Positions 54,054 through 63,125 are shown, counted from the stretch's first letter. The stretch is 64,000 nt of DNA from Acidimicrobiia bacterium (GCA_031422675.1 JANPMG010000172.1:324-64323); one strand, 5' to 3'. Notes: generated by a model from the sequence alone, not told the origin. A program made the numbers and translations.

Positions 54054-54779
54054 ATGTCCTCGCTCGAACAGTTGCTCGTCGTCCAAGGCCATGACACCGC
54101 CCTCCACCAGCTTCGTCACCGCCGGAACTCCCTGCCCGAGCGCGAGGTGGTGGCGCGAGCCGAGGCTGCGCTCCGCGAGCTCGAAGGCCCGATCATGGAG
54201 ACCCGAAGTCGCCGGGACGCGGTGCACCGAGATGTAAAGCGGCTCGAAGACGAAGCGAGTGCCGCCGCGGCGAAAGCCGCCGAGGTGGACACGCAGATGT
54301 ATTCCGGAACCATCACGTCCGCCAAAGAGCTCCAGGCGATGCAGACCGACCTCGAACAGATTCGGAAACATCAACGCACGCTCGAGGATCGTGAGCTCGA
54401 GTTCATGGAACAGCAGGAGTCGATCGACGGCGAACTCGGTGTCCTCGATGGCGAGGTCACCGACGCCGGCGCGCAGATCGCCGCGGCTCGGTCCGTCATT
54501 GCGGAACAGGAATCGGTGATCGATGCCGAGATCGAGGCCGAGATTGCGGCACGGGCCGCGGCCGCCGCCGACATTCCCCCCGACCTCCTGGCCTTGTACG
54601 AACAGGTTCACCACCAGAACCGGGGTGCGGGCGCGGCCCGTCTGCTCGGGAACACCTGCCAGGGCTGTCGGCTGACGATTCCCGCCACCGAAGTCGATCG
54701 GATTCGTCACGCGGCGGAGGACGCGACGGTGTCCCAATGCGACAACTGCGGTGCGATCCTCGTCCCCGGTCGCGCGTGA
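54054..54779 (+). CDS. coiled-coil C4 zinc-ribbon protein (DUF164/COG1579, Rv2229c-like)
   Basis: A long coiled coil followed by CQGCRLTIP...CDNCGAILV. ATG at 54054. Confidence 0.8.
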   Translation: MSSLEQLLVVQGHDTALHQLRHRRNSLPEREVVARAEAALRELEGPIMETRSRRDAVHRDVKRLEDEASAAAAKAAEVDTQMYSGTITSAKELQAMQTDLEQIRKHQRTLEDRELEFMEQQESIDGELGVLDGEVTDAGAQIAAARSVIAEQESVIDAEIEAEIAARAAAAADIPPDLLALYEQVHHQNRGAGAARLLGNTCQGCRLTIPATEVDRIRHAAEDATVSQCDNCGAILVPGRA

Positions 54780-54789
54780 GCGCGACGCC

Positions 54790-55332
54790 ATGATCGGATC
54801 GGATGGGGCGATGGCGTTCCCGGGTTTCGGCGCGGACTCGAACGAGGACTCCGAGACCGGCCCCACGATCGAGACGATCCGAATCTTCTGCGACGGCGGG
54901 TCGCGCGGGAACCCCGGCCCCGCGGGCATCGGCGCGGTCCTGCTCGACGCGTCGCGCGAACCGGCACGAGTGATCGCCACCGTGAGCGAGGCGATCGGGA
55001 TCGCAACGAACAACGTCGCCGAGTATCAGGCCCTCGTCTCGGGGCTGGAGGCGGCCGCGCCGTTCGGCGCCCGCCGGATCGAGGTGCGCGCCGATTCACA
55101 GTTGCTGATCCGCCAGTTGGAAGGGCGGTACCGGGTCAAGAACGCCGGACTCCAGCCGCTCTACCGCCAGGCCATGGCGCTCTTGAAGTCCTACGCCGAG
55201 GTGGATCTCGCCCACGTCTATCGCGAGGACAATGTCGAGGCCGATGAGCTCGTGAACCTTGCACTCGACGCCGAACGCGACGCGAGCCAGAGCCGCCGCG
55301 CCGCCCCAGCGGCGCCGCGCCCGGCCGACTGA
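54790..55332 (+). CDS. rnhA: ribonuclease HI-type (RNase H) protein
   Basis: FCDGGSRGNPGPAGIGAVL, NNVAEYQALVSGL, and RADSQLL with NVEADELVN. These are the DEDD-type RNase H catalytic blocks. The start is ATG at 54790, or an alternative at 54811. Confidence 0.85.
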   Translation: MIGSDGAMAFPGFGADSNEDSETGPTIETIRIFCDGGSRGNPGPAGIGAVLLDASREPARVIATVSEAIGIATNNVAEYQALVSGLEAAAPFGARRIEVRADSQLLIRQLEGRYRVKNAGLQPLYRQAMALLKSYAEVDLAHVYREDNVEADELVNLALDAERDASQSRRAAPAAPRPAD

Positions 55333-55339
55333 GTTTCCG

Positions 55340-55816
55340 ATGCTGTTCTGGTATCTCGGACCGTCCGTCCTCGGTGTCTACGAAGTGTTCCGGAGCCGAG
55401 GGCTCGACTACCGGCTCGTGGGCCTCGGTTCGCTGCTTCCGCTCCTGATCGACCTGCCGACCGGCCGCTTCGGTCCGGGGCATTCTCTGGTCGTGGCCGT
55501 CGGCATGCTCGCCGCGGTGATGATCGGGACCATCGGGAGGACGCGGCTGCTCCGCCGCCGACTCGTGTGCGTCCCCATCGGCTGGTTGAGTGGTCTGGTG
55601 CTCTCGGGCGCCTTCCTTCACGACCGCACCTTCTTGTGGCCGCTGCTCGGCACGGGAGTCGGTGACGTCGGCCTGATCCCGCCGCCCACCCTGTTGGTGC
55701 TGGGGGAGGCGGCCGGAATCGCCCTTATTGCGTGGTCGATCGGACGATTCGGACTGAACCGGCCCGAGGCGCGCGCGGAGTTGTTCCGGACCGGCCGACT
55801 CGCGGAGCCGGGGTGA
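55340..55816 (+). CDS. small integral membrane protein (possibly YdjM/DUF457-like)
   Basis: 158 aa, about four hydrophobic helices, GHSLV motif. It is wedged between the RNase H and phosphatase genes. Its TGA overlaps the next GTG. Confidence 0.55.
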   Translation: MLFWYLGPSVLGVYEVFRSRGLDYRLVGLGSLLPLLIDLPTGRFGPGHSLVVAVGMLAAVMIGTIGRTRLLRRRLVCVPIGWLSGLVLSGAFLHDRTFLWPLLGTGVGDVGLIPPPTLLVLGEAAGIALIAWSIGRFGLNRPEARAELFRTGRLAEPG

Positions 55817-56391
55817 TCACCTTCGTCCGTCACGGTGAGACCGCGGCCAACCGAGCCGGGCTCGCGCTCGGACGGGCGGATCCTTCGCTCACCGACCTCG
55901 GTCGCCGGCAGGCGCAGGCGCTGGCCGACCGCTTGCGCGCCACCGACGTCGAACGAGTGCTGAGCAGCCCGCTCCGGCGCGCTCGCGAAACCGCCGCGCT
56001 CATCGCGGCCGGGCTCGGGTGCGGGGTCGAGGTCGACGACCGGCTCGTCGAGATGGACTACGGCGAGTGGGATCAGCGCTCCTTCGGGGACCTTCCCGCC
56101 GAAGATCTCGCGCGGTGGCGGCGTGACGCTGCGTTCGCGCCACCGGGTGGCGAGAGCTTGATCGCGGTGGGTGAACGGGTGGCGTCACTGTGTCAAGAAC
56201 TCGTCGACGGTCCGGGGACGATCGCGGTCAGTCATGTGTCGCCGATCAAGGCCGCGGTGGTGTGGGCATTGGATGCCGACGCCTTGCTGGCGTGGCGGAT
56301 GCATCTCGACGTGGCGTCGATCACGCGAGTCGGGTCACCGAACGCGCGCCCATGCCTCCTCGGATTCAACGACACCAGCCACCTCAGTTGA
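55813..56391 (+). CDS. histidine phosphatase family protein (CobC/alpha-ribazole phosphatase-like)
   Basis: ITFVRHGETAAN RHG motif and the SPLRRARETA block. GTG at 55813 in a GTGA overlap. Confidence 0.85.
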   Translation: MITFVRHGETAANRAGLALGRADPSLTDLGRRQAQALADRLRATDVERVLSSPLRRARETAALIAAGLGCGVEVDDRLVEMDYGEWDQRSFGDLPAEDLARWRRDAAFAPPGGESLIAVGERVASLCQELVDGPGTIAVSHVSPIKAAVVWALDADALLAWRMHLDVASITRVGSPNARPCLLGFNDTSHLS

Positions 56392-57754
56392 GGCGCGCAC
56401 CCGGAATCCGGTCGATGTCGTCGGCGGACCGGGTCGTCCCCGAGGCGCGGCGGATCTGACGCACCGCAGTCCAGATACACAGCGCCAACGCGATCATGGC
56501 GTCGGTGGCCAACATCGTCGGGCCGAGCATCCATTCGAATCCGCTCTTTCCGAGCACCGCGTTGATGGGACTCCAACCGAGCGGATCGATCACCGGTATC
56601 AGCAGCAGGACGATCACTGCGCCGCGTACCCGCCGCGGCCACGCGATCGGATGGGTCGGCCGGCGGCGGGCCAGGAAGACCAGCGGCGCGGCGAGCAGCA
56701 GATTGTCATAGGGGACGCGGTACATGCTCGTGAGGATGATGAGACAGCCGAGGGTGAGCGTGAGCTCCTCGGTATCGCCGTCGGGATCGCGCCGGTGGAG
56801 GGTGCGCACGAGCCAGGCGCCCACGCCGAGCAGCACCATCCCTCCGATCAGCCCCACGGTCTCGGACACACGCAAGCGTGAGATGCGGACGAAGGTGTTC
56901 GCCGCGTCGATCCGCAGGCCGCTGCCGAGCCGGGACTGCGCCGACTGGCTGGTGATGCGCGCGCTCTCCTGCCAGGACTCGAACAGTTGGTTCACTCCAC
57001 CCGCGGCGGCGACGAGCCACGGAAGGACAGAAGCACTGAGCGCGGCACCGAGCGCAGTTCCGAGCACCGCAACCGAGCGCCGGCCGCGCACGAGGATCAG
57101 CAGCGTGAGCGGTATCGCGTAGGTCGGCTTCGACCAGACGACGGCCAGTCCCGCGACCCCCGCCGCCAGCGGCAATGCCGCACCGACTCTCGGAAGACCC
57201 GGCAGCCGCGTCGCGGGTGCGCGGTCTGCACCCCACGCCAAGTACGCGCCGATCACGATCATCAGCGTGGGTTGGCCCGTGCGGAGATCGAAGCGGCCGG
57301 GGTCACTGAGCAGGATGAGGACCCCGAGCCCGAACACCGCATCGACGCGGCGCGCGTATCCCACCAGGCGAAGCGTGACCGCAGCGAGTCCGACGACGAG
57401 CAGCAGATTCCACCCCAGATTGATCGCACGCGCCGTGGACAGGGAGAACGGGACCAGCGGTAGATGGAAGAGCAGATGTTCCGGCGTGTACAGCGGGAAC
57501 TCTTGGCCCACCGGATAGTGACGGAAGTACGCGTCGGCGTCGTAAGGGTTGATGCCGTCGCGCAGCGCAATCACCGGGTAGTAGATCGCGTCACGAAAAT
57601 CGGTGTGGAGCCCCACGTCGAGTCGGCTGGGGGAGATTCCGTTCCAGGTGGAGAGCGTGAGCCAGGTCCCGACGCCCACGAAGGCACCGACCGTGGCCAG
57701 GATCCGAAGCCACGAGGGCGTCCGATCGATTGCGTGCCGGAGCCGGTCGATCAT
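56384..57754 (-). CDS. GT87/DUF2029-type polyprenol-dependent membrane glycosyltransferase
   Basis: 456 aa from the ATG at 57754 and polytopic. The first-loop DFRDAIYYPVIALRDGINPYD resembles the GT87 signature. The track ORF extension to 58645 is an artefact. Confidence 0.7.
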   Translation of the reverse strand: MIDRLRHAIDRTPSWLRILATVGAFVGVGTWLTLSTWNGISPSRLDVGLHTDFRDAIYYPVIALRDGINPYDADAYFRHYPVGQEFPLYTPEHLLFHLPLVPFSLSTARAINLGWNLLLVVGLAAVTLRLVGYARRVDAVFGLGVLILLSDPGRFDLRTGQPTLMIVIGAYLAWGADRAPATRLPGLPRVGAALPLAAGVAGLAVVWSKPTYAIPLTLLILVRGRRSVAVLGTALGAALSASVLPWLVAAAGGVNQLFESWQESARITSQSAQSRLGSGLRIDAANTFVRISRLRVSETVGLIGGMVLLGVGAWLVRTLHRRDPDGDTEELTLTLGCLIILTSMYRVPYDNLLLAAPLVFLARRRPTHPIAWPRRVRGAVIVLLLIPVIDPLGWSPINAVLGKSGFEWMLGPTMLATDAMIALALCIWTAVRQIRRASGTTRSADDIDRIPGARLN

Positions 57755-59529
57755 CGATCCGCGCGCGTCGTAGGCGCGTCCTGCCGGTTCGAGAGCGGGA
57801 GCATGAAGACCGCCACGGCCACCAAGTCCCTTCCAATCCTGGCGAAACGTGGGTCGAGGCCGGACACTTCGCGCTCCTCGAGCCGCTGGAACTCGCGCAA
57901 TGCCCGGACCCGGCGCGCCGACGGGACGCTGGTCAGGTACGCGATTCGGCGCGCGCCGAATCGGGCCGCGACCGACTCGATCTCCCGGTCGGTCACGATG
58001 ACAAGGCGGGCACGCAGCGGCCTGTGCCCAACGACGCGATTTGCGCCGAAGCTCAAGCGGTTGGAGTCCGAAGGTTCGATGCCCACCCGGACCCCGGCAC
58101 GCTCGAGCGCGAGAGTAAGTCCCGCGAGATGAGCCGAACTCGAGAAGGACGTCGCACGCATGAGCACAATGCCGGGACGGCGGGGAAGATGGTGGAGGAC
58201 CTTCAGCGCGAGCACCGCCACCGCTTTCGTTTCGCTCACGTCGGGCGGTTCGAACGACGTCGTACGTGCGACTCCGAAGCTCCCGAGCGCGAGCGTTGCG
58301 ACCATGCAGGCTGCGACGATCAGCCGCGTGCGATCGGGGTCGAGGCGACGTCCGAGCCGCCGCGCCGCTTCCGCGATCGTGAACGCCATGCACAGGGCTG
58401 CGAGCACCCAGATCCAGCGGAGTCGGTATTCGTACATCGATCCGACGGTCCGGGCCAGTGCGATGATCCCGACGCCGAGCGGGATGAGCAAGATAGCGGC
58501 CAGTCGGCGAGCTCGCCGATCGCGGGACCGAAACGCAGCCGCGACGGCGAGCAGAAACGGGATGAGGAGTATGGGGACAGGCGTCGAGAGGATCGCGGCC
58601 GGTTGGCCGGAGAACGGGTTGACCTCGCGAAGGCCCACGAGCCAATCGGGAGCGAGGCTGAACTGTGCGGCCATGACTCGCGCACCTTCGGCGAGCGTAT
58701 GGGCCGGTTCCGGAGTGGTACGGAAGTAGTGGACGATCGATCGGATGTTGCCGGGATCACGAATGATCTGTTCGAGGATCGGTGGAATCCACACGACCGT
58801 CAAGGTCCCGACCGCCCACCACCATCCGGCCAACCCCGAAATGGCGCGGTCCCGCCAGGCTCGCCACCCACACCAGGCCAGCACTGCGACCACAAGGGCG
58901 ACGTATCCAACGTGGGTCTGCATGCAGAACGTGCCGATGAAGGCTGCCGCCGGGAAGGCCCACCGATCGCCGCAGGTGGCGGCCCATGCGGCCATGAGAA
59001 ACGCGCCGAACGGCAACACGGTGACGAAGGGATTCCACGGATTCTCGAGAGATCCGCTCGGGAGTGAAAGAACGAGAACGCCCGCGACCAGTAGCACCGG
59101 TAGGGCCAGCGCGAGCCCGCCCCAGCGCTTTGCAATGGTGACCATCACCCCGATCGAAATGCCGTTGATCAACAGTGCGTTCGCCAGCATCGCCGCGCTG
59201 TCGGCGCCGAACAGCCGGTACGGGATCGCGTTGAGGTAATAGAAGAGGGGACCGGGATGGCTCCACCCATCGCGAGAGAAGGGTCCGAGCAAAATGGGAT
59301 GGCGGCCCACGTCACGGACCATGAGTTCGTTAAGTGCGTTGTCGGAGGTGGCGTGGAATCCGCCGAGGCCGGTGAGTACTCGGACGATCGCGACGACGAT
59401 GGGCACCAGCACGATTGCGAGGAGGGCCCAGCTCAGCGCGCCGACGGGTTCCGGTTCGAGTCGAAGTCGAGGTTCGGTGGGCGCGTCTGGCCCCGTCCGT
59501 TCCTCGCTCGACGCACTCGACGCGGTCAC
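57751..59529 (-). CDS. polytopic membrane protein, putative GT-C-fold glycosyltransferase
   Basis: About 592 aa with more than 10 hydrophobic segments. An early acidic loop reads TSDNALNELMVRD. The GTG at 59529 is in a GTGA overlap, and there is an ATGA overlap with the GT87 gene. The family call is tentative. Confidence 0.55.
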   Translation of the reverse strand: MTASSASSEERTGPDAPTEPRLRLEPEPVGALSWALLAIVLVPIVVAIVRVLTGLGGFHATSDNALNELMVRDVGRHPILLGPFSRDGWSHPGPLFYYLNAIPYRLFGADSAAMLANALLINGISIGVMVTIAKRWGGLALALPVLLVAGVLVLSLPSGSLENPWNPFVTVLPFGAFLMAAWAATCGDRWAFPAAAFIGTFCMQTHVGYVALVVAVLAWCGWRAWRDRAISGLAGWWWAVGTLTVVWIPPILEQIIRDPGNIRSIVHYFRTTPEPAHTLAEGARVMAAQFSLAPDWLVGLREVNPFSGQPAAILSTPVPILLIPFLLAVAAAFRSRDRRARRLAAILLIPLGVGIIALARTVGSMYEYRLRWIWVLAALCMAFTIAEAARRLGRRLDPDRTRLIVAACMVATLALGSFGVARTTSFEPPDVSETKAVAVLALKVLHHLPRRPGIVLMRATSFSSSAHLAGLTLALERAGVRVGIEPSDSNRLSFGANRVVGHRPLRARLVIVTDREIESVAARFGARRIAYLTSVPSARRVRALREFQRLEEREVSGLDPRFARIGRDLVAVAVFMLPLSNRQDAPTTRADR

Positions 59530-61466
59530 GGGGCGATCCGTGCGGTCCGGGCGATCCGCTGCAGTTCCGGTGCGAGCCATCGCCAGATCACGCGCGCGCC
59601 CTCGGGCGTGAAGTGCTCACCGTCGGTGCGCATGGTGACGCCGTCCAACTCGGCTGCGAACTTCCCGTCGGGACATGCGATCTGCTCGAGGTCCAGGAGG
59701 TGCACGTCGGTCGGGTGATCGGCGGCGTAGCGGGCCCAGACTTGATTGAGCCAACGGACCCGCGCGGGATCGTCACGTTCCGGTTCTCCCCATGCGCCGA
59801 GCGCACGCTGGGTCACCGAGAAGCACGGCGTGGTGAGCAGCGCGAGTTGTGCGCCGTCCGCGGTGAGGATCTCGCGTGCCTGGTCGAGCTGGACCCGCAG
59901 GTACTCCTCCATTTCCCGCGTGCCCACCCGCAGTTTCCGCCCGTCGACGGTACGGTCGAACAATTCCCAGCCTCCGAGCAGGAGTGCGACGACCTCGGGT
60001 TTGTACTTCTCCACGCCGTCGGCGTAGGTGGTCTTCCACTCGGCGCAGTGATCCTGGTTCTCACCCGCGACGCCCCGGCTCTGGGGTACCCCGGTGACGA
60101 TGCCGCAGCCGATGATCGTGACGCCGCGATTCCACACCCGACGCTCGTCCCGGTCGTCGATCTTCGCAGTGACGAGGGTGAACGCGATGGAGTCGCCGGC
60201 GACCAGCACCCGCGTCGCGCCGGGGAGCGGCGGAGCGTTGATGCGGCGCCGGAGCTCGGCGAAGATGTTGGGCCGGGTACGGGACGCCGCGCCCGACGCG
60301 GTGAACCCGAAGAGGATCAGCGAAGTGACTGCCAGCGTCGCCGGGACCCACAGCAACCGATTCCGCACGGCACGGAAGCGCTGTTCGCGGATCGGCTGCT
60401 CCACCAGGAAGTACGACGCGAGGGAGACGACCAGCGTGACCGCGAGTCGGAGGAGGAGAAGCTCCGTCCCCTCCCGTCCGGTGCGAGCGGGCGAGAGCCA
60501 GACATAGATCGGCCAGTGCCACAGGTACAGGCCGTAGGAAATGCGTCCGATCGCGGGGAACGGCGGCAGCGCCAGCAGGCGCCGGACCGGTCCCGCGGTC
60601 ATGGCGGCGGCGATGACCGCGGCCGCCGCGAGCGCAACCAGCGTGAACCCGCCACGGTAGAAGCGGGGCCACGAGTCGGACTTGGTGGCGATCACCCAGC
60701 CGAGGAACACGAAGCCGCCGCCGCCGGCGATGTGAAACGCGGTGCGCCACGCGCGGGTCCAGTCGGCCCGCCGCGCCGCGAAGCCGACGGCCAGGAGCGC
60801 GCCGATCAGGAGCGCCTGCGCGCGGGTATCGGTTCCGTAGTAGATCCGCGAGGTATCGCTGCCGGGCTCGTGCAGCAGTGTCATCAGCACGGCCGACCCC
60901 GCCGCGAGGATCGCGATCGAGACCGCGATCAGCCGGGTCTGGCGCCGGGCCAGGCGCGTGATGCCGAAGAACGCGAGGGGCCAGATCAAGTACCACTGCT
61001 CTTCGATTGCCAGCGACCACATGTGTCGGAGCGGCGACGGGGAACCGAATTCGGCGAAGTACGGCTGGCCCGAGAAGACCAGCCGCCAGTTCTGCACGTA
61101 GAACAAGGAGCCGAAGAGGTCGCCCCGCAGGCCGAGCGCTTCGTCGTCGGTGGCGATGAATGCGCCGAAGATCGCGACGGCCACGAGAACCAGGACCAAC
61201 GCGGGCAGCAACCGGCGGGCCCGACGGAGCCAGAACGCGCGCACGTCGATGCGGTGGGTCGCATCGATCTCCCGAACCAGGAGGAGGGTGATCAGGAACC
61301 CGGAGAGGACGAGGAATACGTCGACGCCGAGAAACCCGGCCGGGGCCCAACTCACCCCGCCGTGAAAGAGCATGACGGCGATGACAGCCAGGGCGCGGAC
61401 GCCGTCGAGTGACGGCTGATGCGCAAGTGGTGCCGACGCTGCGGCAAGGGTGGGGCCGGTGCTCAT
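59526..61466 (-). CDS. acyltransferase family 3 (OafA/OatA-like) O-acyltransferase with C-terminal SGNH domain
   Basis: LDGVRALAVIAVMLFHG...GFLGVDVFLVLSGFLIT is the Acyl_transf_3 N-terminus. The C-terminal VLVAGDSIAFTL is the GDS(L) block. Confidence 0.85.
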   Translation of the reverse strand: MSTGPTLAAASAPLAHQPSLDGVRALAVIAVMLFHGGVSWAPAGFLGVDVFLVLSGFLITLLLVREIDATHRIDVRAFWLRRARRLLPALVLVLVAVAIFGAFIATDDEALGLRGDLFGSLFYVQNWRLVFSGQPYFAEFGSPSPLRHMWSLAIEEQWYLIWPLAFFGITRLARRQTRLIAVSIAILAAGSAVLMTLLHEPGSDTSRIYYGTDTRAQALLIGALLAVGFAARRADWTRAWRTAFHIAGGGGFVFLGWVIATKSDSWPRFYRGGFTLVALAAAAVIAAAMTAGPVRRLLALPPFPAIGRISYGLYLWHWPIYVWLSPARTGREGTELLLLRLAVTLVVSLASYFLVEQPIREQRFRAVRNRLLWVPATLAVTSLILFGFTASGAASRTRPNIFAELRRRINAPPLPGATRVLVAGDSIAFTLVTAKIDDRDERRVWNRGVTIIGCGIVTGVPQSRGVAGENQDHCAEWKTTYADGVEKYKPEVVALLLGGWELFDRTVDGRKLRVGTREMEEYLRVQLDQAREILTADGAQLALLTTPCFSVTQRALGAWGEPERDDPARVRWLNQVWARYAADHPTDVHLLDLEQIACPDGKFAAELDGVTMRTDGEHFTPEGARVIWRWLAPELQRIARTARIAP

Positions 61467-61479
61467 CGGCGCGGTGATC

Positions 61480-61491
61480 GTCTCCGGAGAC
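61480..61491. promoter_or_regulatory. perfect 12-bp palindrome GTCTCCGGAGAC in a divergent intergenic region
   Basis: Read directly from the sequence. It lies between the minus-strand ATG at 61466 and the plus-strand ATG at 61529. Confidence 0.3.
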
Positions 61492-61528
61492 TGGCGGGGA
61501 TGGTGAACGGGCCACGCCCGAGGAGAGA

Positions 61529-63013
61529 ATGGTAGGGGAGGGGTGGCGATCCGCTCAGTACCCTTGGCCCGTGATCCGACGACTTGGGCGCGGCTCCGGA
61601 CTCGTGGCGCTGATGATCGGCGTCACCACCGTGGTACCGAGCGGCCGGATCTCCGCCCCCCGCTTCCTGGGCGCGGACCCCGCAGGGGCCGCGGTCACGG
61701 TGGCAGTCCCGAGCGCCATCGACGCCACCGGGTCACGCGATGTCACGAGCGACCTGAACGCCTTCTTCGCATCCGTCCCGGCCGGGGCGACGGTGGACTT
61801 TCCTGATCGCGGACGGTTCAAGACCGAAGGCATCGTGGTGGTGGCCGGCGCGCGCGACGTGACCATCCTGGGTCATCGGTCGACGTTGGTGGCGGAGACC
61901 GACGGTGCGAGCGGACCGCCGCCCTTCTACAACTACCGCCACCGGTGGCCGCGCATGCGCGCGCACTTCGAGATCCGAGACAGCGAGTCCGTCACCGTGC
62001 GCGACCTGGCGGTGGAAGGGCCGAACCCGGATGGCATGTTCCGTCCCGAGTTCGAGGCCCAGGCCGGATTCGTGGTCAGTCGTTCGCGCGCCGTGACCCT
62101 CGATCGGGTTACCGCACGTGCCACCTACGGCGACGGCGTGTATGTCACCGGAGGTTCGGTCGATGTCACCGTGCGGCGGTGCGCCCTCGATCACAACGGG
62201 CGGCAGGGGGTGGCGGTCGTCGACGGCGACAACGTTACGGTCGAGCAGTGCGACATCACGGGGACGGGCCGATCGGTGATCGATCTCGAACCCGCACACG
62301 GTCTCGTGCGCACCGTGCACATCCGCGACAATCGCATCGGCGAGTACACCAACTTTCTGCTGGCGGCGGTGGGCGCCGGGGAGGGGGTGGCGGACGTGTG
62401 GTTGGAGCGCAACGTCGTGACCGGCGGCCGCGGCGTGAGCCTTTACGTGGGCACCGAACGCTCGACGCGGGTGGGGATCCACGTCATCGACAACCGCGGT
62501 GTCGGCCCGTCAGAAGGCTACGAGGGCACGCTGATGCGGTTCACGCGATTCGACGGTATCGAAGTGCGCGGCAATCGTCAGCGCGTCGCACCGGGCGTGA
62601 CGCCGATCGTGCTCCTCAACTCGTGCAACGAAACGGTGACCGACAACGACTTCGGTGGTGTCGCCGCCGGTGCCGTCGTGAAGCGTGATGGCGACTGCAC
62701 CACGGGACCGCAAGCGCGCCCCCGCCCGCCCACCACGATCGGCCCGAGACCACGACTACCGCGCAACGCAGATCGCGCCGGGACGTTCTCGCCACGTCGG
62801 GCGCCCGCGTCCAGGACTTCCAGCACCACCACCACCACCACCACCGGCGATCCCGTCGCACGCGCCGAGGCCGACGGCGATGCGAACCGGGAAGAGAACG
62901 GCACGTCGACCTCGCTCCCAGCACTCGCGGTCGGTGGTCTGCTCGGAGTGGCGGGCGGAGTCGGAGCCACGCTGCTGTTCCAGCGAGTTCGGCGACGCCG
63001 CCGCACGTCGTAA
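61529..63013 (+). CDS. right-handed parallel beta-helix repeat protein with N-terminal signal/TM and C-terminal membrane anchor
   Basis: Repeated beta-helix rungs (VTVRDLAVEG, VTLDRVTARATYGDGVYVTGGS, VTVRRCALDHNGRQGVAVVDGDNVTVEQCDITG). A poly-Thr linker follows, then LPALAVGGLLGVAGGVGATLLF and RVRRRRR. GAGGAGAG SD. Confidence 0.75.
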   Translation: MVGEGWRSAQYPWPVIRRLGRGSGLVALMIGVTTVVPSGRISAPRFLGADPAGAAVTVAVPSAIDATGSRDVTSDLNAFFASVPAGATVDFPDRGRFKTEGIVVVAGARDVTILGHRSTLVAETDGASGPPPFYNYRHRWPRMRAHFEIRDSESVTVRDLAVEGPNPDGMFRPEFEAQAGFVVSRSRAVTLDRVTARATYGDGVYVTGGSVDVTVRRCALDHNGRQGVAVVDGDNVTVEQCDITGTGRSVIDLEPAHGLVRTVHIRDNRIGEYTNFLLAAVGAGEGVADVWLERNVVTGGRGVSLYVGTERSTRVGIHVIDNRGVGPSEGYEGTLMRFTRFDGIEVRGNRQRVAPGVTPIVLLNSCNETVTDNDFGGVAAGAVVKRDGDCTTGPQARPRPPTTIGPRPRLPRNADRAGTFSPRRAPASRTSSTTTTTTTGDPVARAEADGDANREENGTSTSLPALAVGGLLGVAGGVGATLLFQRVRRRRRTS

Positions 63014-63125
63014 TGGGTGCCGGACATCCGGATCGTCTTGCGGCTCCGAACCATCCGTGATCTGAACTCTCCGTGATCCGCGCCATTCGGGCCGGCGACG
63101 GGCGGGTCCGGAAGGAGATGAAGCG

